DNA from: a virus
Taxonomy: Duplodnaviria > Heunggongvirae > Uroviricota > Caudoviricetes
Virus record (IMG/VR): IMGVR_UViG_3300046004_001633
Location: 1-36,791 of that record
Length of the DNA: 36,791 bases
Reading direction: 5' to 3' (one strand)
Shown here: positions 33,227-36,791 of the stretch, one piece after another
Position numbering within the stretch: the stretch's first letter is position 1
Layout of the letters: each line of letters starts with the position of its first letter
Position numbers and translations under genes: made by a program
Notes under the pieces: model-generated
Database searches by the model: none
What the model was told of the DNA's origin: nothing
The model's input: the letters and a program-made list of their open reading frames with translations, nothing else

Positions 33227-34006
33227 CTATTTCTTTTTAAATTGTTCAACTAACCATTCTTTTGCATCATGTCTATGAGAACTTGCATACATATGAAATG
33301 CCCCATCTACTAACTTCATTATTTCTTCCTCACTATACATTCTTTCTGCTTGGTACTTAGCACCAGCTATAAAATCTTGATATCCAGCATAACTTCCAAC
33401 TTTTTTAGCATTTTTTTCAGCAGCTTCTTCAAGTGTTTCTTGTTTAGGTTCTTCTTGTGGAATATTAATGCAATCACAAGTTTTAAATCCACTAATTGTA
33501 GTAGATGAAACTACTTGTCCTCTTCCTTCACAAAATAAACAAGCTTCTTCAAGTGTTTCTTGTTTAGGTTCTTCTTGTGGAATGATGATTTTGTAATCAA
33601 AAAATCCTTTAGGATAATCATTTATAAATTCTACACCATGATGTCTTTCTTTAAAAACTTCAACTTTCTCACAAGTAGGATTTTGAACAAACCATTCTAA
33701 AAACTTATCATCAATAGCTTGCACACCATCTGCAATTAAGTCTACATCTGTGGTTAGGATGATTTTTTTATATCCTATGTAATTATGCAAAGGTAAAGCA
33801 CCTTGATAATAATTGACAGAATTATCTTTAGTAGCTAAACACCAACAAGGTTTAGTATCTTCTTTAATTTCTTCATCATTAGTGATGTGGATGTGTTGAC
33901 CATTAATAGTGTATTTACTAAGTACAGACTCACATAAAACTAACCCTGAATTTCCTAAATGTAACCTACTTGGTTTATCTGTTGGGATAATATGTATATT
34001 TTTCAT
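33227..34006 (-). CDS. Modular hypothetical phage protein with internal repeat
   Basis: MKNIHIIPTDKPSRL N-terminus; IPQEEPKQETLEEA twice; promoter TTGGAT-N17-TATATT (~34025-34053). Confidence 0.75.
   Translation of the reverse strand: MKNIHIIPTDKPSRLHLGNSGLVLCESVLSKYTINGQHIHITNDEEIKEDTKPCWCLATKDNSVNYYQGALPLHNYIGYKKIILTTDVDLIADGVQAIDDKFLEWFVQNPTCEKVEVFKERHHGVEFINDYPKGFFDYKIIIPQEEPKQETLEEACLFCEGRGQVVSSTTISGFKTCDCINIPQEEPKQETLEEAAEKNAKKVGSYAGYQDFIAGAKYQAERMYSEEEIMKLVDGAFHMYASSHRHDAKEWLVEQFKKK
33422..33583 (+). repeat. 42-bp perfect direct repeat, 120-bp period
   Basis: agcttcttcaagtgtttcttgtttaggttcttcttgtggaat at 33422-33463 and 33542-33583. Confidence 0.9.
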
Positions 34007-34058
34007 AATCTTTCTCTTTTATTTAATATAAGAAAAACAATTGATTAATCCAACCAGA

Positions 34059-34292
34059 TTATCCTTTAAGTATTGATTTGTTAATTGATTTGTTAATTGC
34101 GTTGTCTTGAATTGCTAACTGACCTTCCAATATCGCAATGAATTTGTCGCGATTGGCAATGGTAGCTTTAAGTATCTCAATCATCTCTTCCTGTGTCTTT
34201 ATGAGACGTTTCTGTCCATCGAGTTTGTCATTTGCAATCCGTAAATGCAAATTTGCGTCATTTATCACTGAGATTATTTCTTCTTGTGTCAT
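34059..34292 (-). CDS. Coiled-coil hypothetical protein
   Basis: 77 aa with a heptad pattern. Confidence 0.6.
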   Translation of the reverse strand: MTQEEIISVINDANLHLRIANDKLDGQKRLIKTQEEMIEILKATIANRDKFIAILEGQLAIQDNAINKSINKSILKG

Positions 34293-34293
34293 G

Positions 34294-34626
34294 CTATTTG
34301 ATTATGTTAATTAATACTTCTACGCGGCCTTGTGTATGCGATGCTATACATCCAAACGCAGCTTTGCTTAAATCTATTCGGTTCGCTGCCTGTACTCCCA
34401 TCCGATCCGTTACGGTTACTGTGCACACTGCTTGTGTCTTGCAATTGGTTACTTGCAAACGGGTTCCAAATGCCGCCGAGTTATATGCTGCTGTTAGGGA
34501 GTCTCTGTGCATTCTAGTACCAGATGCGGTTCTAGAGCCATGCATATCATACCATGTTGCTACGCACTTGGTTGGTGCTGGACTAGTTAAGATCAAGCTT
34601 AATATTATTATGCTGAATATCTTCAT
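34294..34626 (-). CDS. rlpA: RlpA-like double-psi beta-barrel protein (lytic transglycosylase-like), secreted
   Basis: Signal peptide; ATWY...TASG...LTAA...FGTRLQVTN...VTVTDR...RIDLSKAAF motifs. Confidence 0.85.
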   Translation of the reverse strand: MKIFSIIILSLILTSPAPTKCVATWYDMHGSRTASGTRMHRDSLTAAYNSAAFGTRLQVTNCKTQAVCTVTVTDRMGVQAANRIDLSKAAFGCIASHTQGRVEVLINIIK

Positions 34627-34631
34627 ATATT

Positions 34632-34850
34632 TTATTTGTTAAACCACTTACGATATGCCGAAGGATCTACTCTTGGTAAATCCTCTGGAGCTACGTGCTT
34701 TCGCTTTTTCTTTGTGGTTGGTTCTAATTTCTTAGGCGACCTAAAACTATCATATGACGATTTAAGTTTGCCTTGTATAATTACTGAGTACGGCGTATGT
34801 TCCTGTTTCTCGTTGTCAAAGTTTTTGTTTGGTATTTGTGTTGCACTCAT
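34632..34850 (-). CDS. Basic hypothetical protein
   Basis: 72-aa Lys/Arg-rich ORF in an operon. Confidence 0.55.
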   Translation of the reverse strand: MSATQIPNKNFDNEKQEHTPYSVIIQGKLKSSYDSFRSPKKLEPTTKKKRKHVAPEDLPRVDPSAYRKWFNK

Positions 34851-34853
34851 AAT

Positions 34854-36242
34854 TTAATTTAATCCTTTAACCATGTTTTCAATTGCGATGATTGATTGCA
34901 AATCATCACACGTGTCTTTGTCATCTCGTAACGATTTGAATACTGGATGCAACAATGAATAACGTCCTTCGGAGTCCTGTGACAATCCTGAACACTTACA
35001 TTCCACAATGGTTCCTAACAATGTTTTCTGATTGTCGGTGATATGTTGCATCATGGCTTCATTAATGCCTGTCGGACGGGTAACAACCTTACCATCGCTC
35101 GACTCAGCATTAACAGAAGATATTACATTGATATTCTTTCCGGTACCATAATTGAATCCTGTGATGCGAAGGTCTACATCCATCTCAAGTTTCATTTTGA
35201 TTTGCCAATTTGGTTTGCCATCTTTCCAGCCACCATCGGTTGCCTTAAGAATTGTTCCTTCTTGTCCATCTGCTAATGCTTCTTGGAACCGCAACAATGC
35301 TTCTTCATATGTTGCCACATCATGCATTTCAACTGCAGATATCATTGTAGGTTTCAAATCATATAGTGCCGTTGAATAGTTAACAATGCGTTCTGAATAT
35401 GGTGTTGTTGAACGTTGGTCAAAGTATTCATCTACCGTAATTGTATCCCATATCGTAAAGCGTATTGATTCCAATGCTTTATTGAATCCGCCATGTTTGC
35501 TTTCAAACTTAGCAATATGTTTCAATGTCTCTGCAGGTCCGCGCGACTCTTGTTTGCTTAAGATGCTAATGATAGATGCAATAACTCCGTTAGACTCATA
35601 GCGAGATACTCCATCAATAGTTAACTCTCCGTTCAATACACAATCAGGAAAGTCTGCTAACTCTTGTAAAAAGGTTGCTCCAGTTACTATAGTTGGCTCG
35701 CCTTGACGAGATTCTAATTCAACTTCACCATTACGGATAATTGCATTACAATAACGTCCATCCATTTTGATCTGTGAATAAGCACGTCTGCCGTCATTAA
35801 AGATAGAACGTGCCTTCTTTTCATCAAATGAAATTGCTCCCATGTAAGGAGTGTCTTCAATAAGACCTTTAAATATTTTGTTGATGTTTGTTGTACCCAT
35901 TCCTAGGCGACAATCCTTTTCAATGATGCGCTCAATGATATAAGCATCATCAGCTGAAAGGCTTTCTAACAATCCCTTAAGAAAATTACGAGCTACATCG
36001 CCTGTAACATCTCTATTAGATAAGTGTGCTAACTGCTGTACAGCAAACTCTAAATCCTTTCGCTGTTCGTTGATAACAGTTTGCTCTGGAATTTGTTTGA
36101 TATAAAATTTGACACGCTTCGAATTAGCCAGGTACAACACTCGTGCTAAAAGTTCGTTGTCTCGGTACTTTGCTAAGATAACCATCTTTTGGTTTGTACC
36201 TGGCTCTGCTGTTATTTCGTCAAAAATTTGTTTAATTGTCAT
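34854..36242 (-). CDS. ATP-dependent DNA ligase, T4 gp30-like
   Basis: Motif I QIKMDGRY, III LNGEL, IIIa FTIWD, IV EGTIL, V QIKMK, VI LLHPVF..LRDDK; promoter TTGGAA-N17-TATAAT (~36260-36288). Confidence 0.95.
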   Translation of the reverse strand: MTIKQIFDEITAEPGTNQKMVILAKYRDNELLARVLYLANSKRVKFYIKQIPEQTVINEQRKDLEFAVQQLAHLSNRDVTGDVARNFLKGLLESLSADDAYIIERIIEKDCRLGMGTTNINKIFKGLIEDTPYMGAISFDEKKARSIFNDGRRAYSQIKMDGRYCNAIIRNGEVELESRQGEPTIVTGATFLQELADFPDCVLNGELTIDGVSRYESNGVIASIISILSKQESRGPAETLKHIAKFESKHGGFNKALESIRFTIWDTITVDEYFDQRSTTPYSERIVNYSTALYDLKPTMISAVEMHDVATYEEALLRFQEALADGQEGTILKATDGGWKDGKPNWQIKMKLEMDVDLRITGFNYGTGKNINVISSVNAESSDGKVVTRPTGINEAMMQHITDNQKTLLGTIVECKCSGLSQDSEGRYSLLHPVFKSLRDDKDTCDDLQSIIAIENMVKGLN

Positions 36243-36291
36243 ATTGCTTTCTTTTTTATATTATAAGAAATAATAATAACAATTCCAACCT

Positions 36292-36525
36292 TTATTTTAT
36301 TAGTTTGGTGTCTAAGACTTCAGGTTCTGATCTGTAATTATCAAAAGCTTCTTGGGCTCTTTCCTTAGATGCTAAACAATCTTTAAACCATTTAGTACCT
36401 CTTGCCCAAGTCCATGTATAATTATCTAGATCTAGATATTTTGTATTTTTAAACACTATGCCGGTAACTATTTGCACAGCATACTTATCATCTATTTTTA
36501 CTAAGCTAACTCGTTTCATACTCAA
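36292..36525 (-). CDS. Hypothetical protein
   Basis: 77-aa ORF. Confidence 0.6.
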   Translation of the reverse strand: MSMKRVSLVKIDDKYAVQIVTGIVFKNTKYLDLDNYTWTWARGTKWFKDCLASKERAQEAFDNYRSEPEVLDTKLIK

Positions 36526-36761
36526 TTTTTTATTTCTTTTAACATGTTATCTAAAATGTCCCTAATTTCTTGATGTTGTCTTGAAAGTGGCGGAGGAGGC
36601 GGTGCTTGCCTATAATTTGGAATACCCGGTACCTTGTCTCTACGAGTATCAACACTCTTTGTACGAAAGAATTTAGTTAACCAACTAAATGGGAAGAACA
36701 TGTTTAATAAGATATCAGTGAATCGATTCCAATAACCCGTCCAGATTTCTTTCTGTGTCAT
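36522..36761 (-). CDS. Hypothetical protein with Pro-rich segment
   Basis: 79-aa ORF containing QAPPPPP. Confidence 0.6.
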   Translation of the reverse strand: MTQKEIWTGYWNRFTDILLNMFFPFSWLTKFFRTKSVDTRRDKVPGIPNYRQAPPPPPLSRQHQEIRDILDNMLKEIKN

Positions 36762-36791
36762 ACTACTTATCTGATTTAGTTTTATCGCCTA

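Noticed and set aside
33422-33583. Repeat pair as a diversity-generating retroelement TR/VR
   Set aside because: The copies are identical (no adenine-specific differences), lie in one ORF, and there is no reverse transcriptase in the window.
505-35601. Numerous plus-strand and nested ORFs in the track (e.g. 8393-8680, 11644-12123, 16467-17096, 20874-21371, 34232-34642)
   Set aside because: Shadow frames of well-supported genes; no promoter or leader motifs.
1-36791. Stop-codon reassignment, as in some large Bacteroidota phages
   Set aside because: TAA, TAG and TGA all end well-defined genes, and conserved enzymes are uninterrupted in the standard code.

Overview
Segment of a large, AT-rich, T4-like myovirus genome, standard genetic code. 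The host is most likely Bacteroidota, inferred from DUF4494-like, Hc1-like and Bacteroidota-type sigma70 genes and from TAnnTTT promoter boxes. Almost all genes lie on the minus strand. 0-6 kb: baseplate genes (gp6-, gp25-, gp5-like), a free-standing GIY-YIG homing endonuclease, a gp55-like late sigma factor and an HD phosphohydrolase. 6-21 kb: UvsE, two plus-strand probable virion proteins, CAP-domain, methyltransferase and histone-like genes, and a run of genes sharing an N-terminal MI(K/R)LK(T/S)LLxE leader that resembles the T4 capsid-targeting sequence (putative injected internal proteins, including an SGNH-PGBD-lysozyme fusion and a kinase-like protein). 21.4-31.3 kb: an array of short early-type genes behind 16 copies of a conserved promoter cassette, with a shared AAAAAGAGAGA translation leader. 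This array also holds a sigma70-family gene, an AAA ATPase, an aberrant 112-nt tRNA-like RNA and a candidate ~295-nt structured ncRNA whose hairpin loop is complementary to the leader. Two structured non-coding islands (23.45-23.76 kb and 31.4-31.8 kb, the latter with 11 exact CTAAAAATAG repeats) punctuate the region. 32-36.8 kb: small modular phage proteins, an RlpA-like protein and a T4 gp30-like DNA ligase. Family names come from motif recognition by eye, not from database searches.
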